DNA of 64,000 nucleotides from Macrostomum lignano (lineage: Eukaryota). The notes beneath the pieces are model-generated. The model worked only from the letters and a program-made list of their open reading frames with translations, had not been told where the DNA came from and did no database searches. The position numbers were made by a program, and so were the translations under genes. Position 1 is the first letter of the stretch. The number at the start of each line of letters is the position of its first letter. Of this stretch, positions 61,056 to 64,000 are shown piece by piece. The DNA lies in contig NIVC01001021.1 in the NCBI GenBank assembly GCA_002269645.1, positions 248,001 through 312,000 of the forward strand, in the 5' to 3' direction.

Positions 61056-63299
61056 TGTAGTAGTGCTGTACAATAATTTACTGACAAGATTCAATCTAGC
61101 TTGGGCTTATACTAATCTATCTAGTATCTGAATTGAATTGAACTTAATTCTTATATATCTAATCTAACTAATTCCAATTACTAATACTAACTGACATTAT
61201 GTTTGTGCAATTTGATTACATTACTATGTATAGTGCATGTAAAGTCCATTGTATTTGCATTTTGAAAAAAAACAAAATAATGATTATACTTAAACAATGA
61301 TTACCTAAAATGTTTCTGAAACTTTAGGTTAAATGCCTCAAAGGTCCCAAAGTTAAGTAACTTTACTTAAAAACACTTGAAAAATATATGTTACTACAAA
61401 AGCAAACAATTATAAAAATGAACAATATGACATTAAATTTTGAGTTTTCATTTTTTTAAATTTACTTTCTCTTTTCAAAAGTTGTATTTCTTTTATGTTT
61501 GCATAATTTTGCTTTGGTTTTTTGATTTCTTTATATTCAGAAGCACATTTGGAAATTTGGAGACTGATTCTTGTTTGAGAAGGTACATAGCCAAAAGTTA
61601 GCCTATGTTCCTAAATTTCTTGTGCCTATGTTGCTCCATTCTAGTGCAGCAAAAATTGTTGGGGTGGGAATCTCCCTTTCCCTTTAGTAGTTCTACTATT
61701 AAAACAAGCCTAATTATGTGTAATTAACTTTTTTAATAGAATTTGTATGAAAGGCATGCTATATCTTTGCAATACTCTTATATTTTATGTATAGATAGAA
61801 CACAATCAGTAATGTGTTTCTATACAATCCAAAGCACAATACTTGAGAATCTGCTGAATTAAATACAATCCTATATGTGCATATATATTTTTTTCACATA
61901 CTTGATTATGCATTTTTTAGTTTTCAACATTTGAGGATAACTAAGAATCATTGGAAAGGCTCCCATGAAGACTATAACTCTTTATTTAAAGCTTGAAGTG
62001 CTGCAGGCTCATTCCATATAAGCATGGTCGTAACATGACAGGTTATTTTTACTTATAAAATGAAATCTAATAATAGAATATACTAAACCAATATTTTAAA
62101 TGAAAGATTATTTTGTCTAGAATATATTTATAGAGTTTCATATAGATATCATCATTAGTATAGATGCTATTAAACCTTAAATGACACTTATGGTTGTAAC
62201 GACAGGATTTTTGACATATATTTAGAAACTAAAAGGTAAAAGTCTTATAACATTTTTCATTTTTTGATATTTTGCATACTCTTTTATTAGAATATATAAA
62301 CTCAAAAGGCAACAAAGATACAAAAGAAAAGGCAGCCTTATGGTCGTAACATTATGGTCGTAACATATTTTTTTCTGTCAATTCAGTAACTTTGAGGTAC
62401 TAATACATTAAAAATATAATAGATTATTTGGTCACCAATGCTTTTATCTGATGATGAAAGTACTATACTTTTATCTATAGTTTGTTTCAACCTTCAAAAG
62501 CTTTCTATTTGTTTTTAAAAGGTACAAAATCTTAATGATGTCTTTTGCTTCGAAAAATGTCCAAATTTTTACAAAAATGACTTTTTGCCAATTGATAACA
62601 TACTAATCCAACATTTTATCATTCCTTTATTCTTAGATTGTATATATTGCACAATATAAACATTTGGTAAAAAAATAGGCTAATTAGGCAATGGCAAGCA
62701 AAAATATTGACTTTTTTCTATTTTCCAAATATGTCCATCTTATATGGAATGAGCCTGCAACATATTATATATCTTGTAGGTCTAAAAATTTGCATGGCAG
62801 ACAAAATGACCAAATTGAAATATTGTACAAAATTACTTTCAATGAATATTAGTAGACACAAAGGAGCAGATAAAACATAGTAGATAAAATCATTGTCAAT
62901 TGCCATCTTAACTATATATACCTTTCTAATTTTGATATTCCAAGGCAATATAGTACACAATTATGACCTTATAGTCCTAAGTATATACCCTGCATACCCA
63001 GATTTTTTGCCATGTATGTAGCCTGCAAGAGGTCAGATCAAGGATACACAGTGTGCACCAATAGACTAGAGCTTCTATTGAGATGTCTTGTAGACAGATC
63101 AGGGTTTGGAATAGTATCATATCTATTGATATCTATATTTTACTATCAATACTTTAGTCATTGAGACTTACTGGACTAGGCCTAGGCAAGGCCTAAAAAA
63201 TTAAAATTTGTAAGCATTGTATATGACAACTGTGTCAAGAAAGATGTACTTGAAAACTTTGAGATCATTGACTAGCCTGCACACCTTGGTGTTCTATGT

Positions 63300-63870
63300 C
63301 TAATTTTGAAGCATTAAAGTACAAAAAGAAACTCAGACCCAGATTTAATGTGCAACTCTCTGGATTAGTGCTAGCATGAATCTAAATAATTGAATTGTCT
63401 TTGCCACCTATCCCCTTCTGCTTATTTCAAACATTGACAATTTATTTTGCTTCCAACTGTGTTTCATTTTTATCTAATAAACTGGTAATGGCAGTATTCT
63501 GTAAGGCAGTAGATATTTAGTCTTTTCAGGTGCAAAGATTTCGCTGCCTGCGATGCCTAGGCCAGATGATTCACAAATTCATCACTGAAAAAAACTTGTA
63601 ATCTAGCAATTTTATCGTCTGGTCTTGTCATTATTCACAGGCTCTGATGACTAGTACCTTGTGTGAGAAAACCACAAGGTATGCTAGAGTACACTAGAGC
63701 TGGCAAGCACTGGCTCAAAGCCACTATCTATTATTGCTGCAATAACATGGAAATCATTCTCGAATGCCAATCTAATCTCAGTCTAAAGCTTAACTCTTCA
63801 TGAGTTGATATTCAGAGTTATGATATTATCTGTGCTTTTTCCTTTAATTAAGCTAGTGTCCCTTCTACTC
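63300..63870 (-). mobile_element. Possible heavily decayed LINE AP-endonuclease remnant
   Basis: One minus-strand frame reads NIITLNINS*RVKL*TEIRLAFENDFHVIAAI and later LNIYCLTE, resembling the N-terminal motifs of non-LTR retrotransposon endonucleases. Many stop codons. Confidence 0.3.
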
Positions 63871-64000
63871 AATTCTTACTACTTTGAGTAGTTAGACTGC
63901 GTGTACTGTACCATTTATGATCTAGCCAATTGGAAATTGTGTTTCATTAAAAAGTTAAACAGTTTTTTTGGCTAGTGCCAGTGCACTAAATTATGCAATA

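Noticed and set aside
59400-61200. An intact rRNA gene or organellar rDNA
   Set aside because: Similarity is confined to two ~65-nt patches; no other conserved LSU or SSU blocks were found in the expected order.

Overview
Eukaryotic (metazoan) genomic DNA with spliceosomal GT-AG introns. Gene types, TTAGGG-like motifs and very dense 20-26 bp minisatellites suggest an invertebrate, possibly a free-living flatworm such as Macrostomum (inference only). Four + strand protein-coding genes could be built by hand with consistent intron phases. (1) A 10-exon protostome-type cytoplasmic intermediate filament gene with a lamin-tail domain (3153-13418), with two apparent -1 frameshifts. (2) A 2-exon orphan helical/coiled-coil gene (15966-18543). 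(3) An 18-exon, ~2806-aa non-chordate classical cadherin (24652-36998) with EC repeats, EGF/LamG modules, TM and catenin-binding tail, and one apparent -1 frameshift. (4) A 13-exon, 982-aa protein with 5 CUB + LDLa + TM domains (LEV-10/SOL-1/Neto-like; 40566-52228). About a quarter of the window is tandem repeat (roughly 20 different arrays). There are four copies of a tRNA-headed CORE-type SINE, a probable second SINE family and a TA-flanked MITE. Two features stand out: a chain of abutting palindromic cassettes at 39.06-39.84 kb, and two isolated degenerate copies of the 28S rRNA helix 69-71 segment (the R2/I-PpoI target region) at 59.5 and 61.0 kb in an AT-rich tail with no recognisable intact gene. 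Most long ORFs in the supplied track are artefacts of tandem repeats. No CRISPR, intact tRNA gene or intact rRNA gene is supported.
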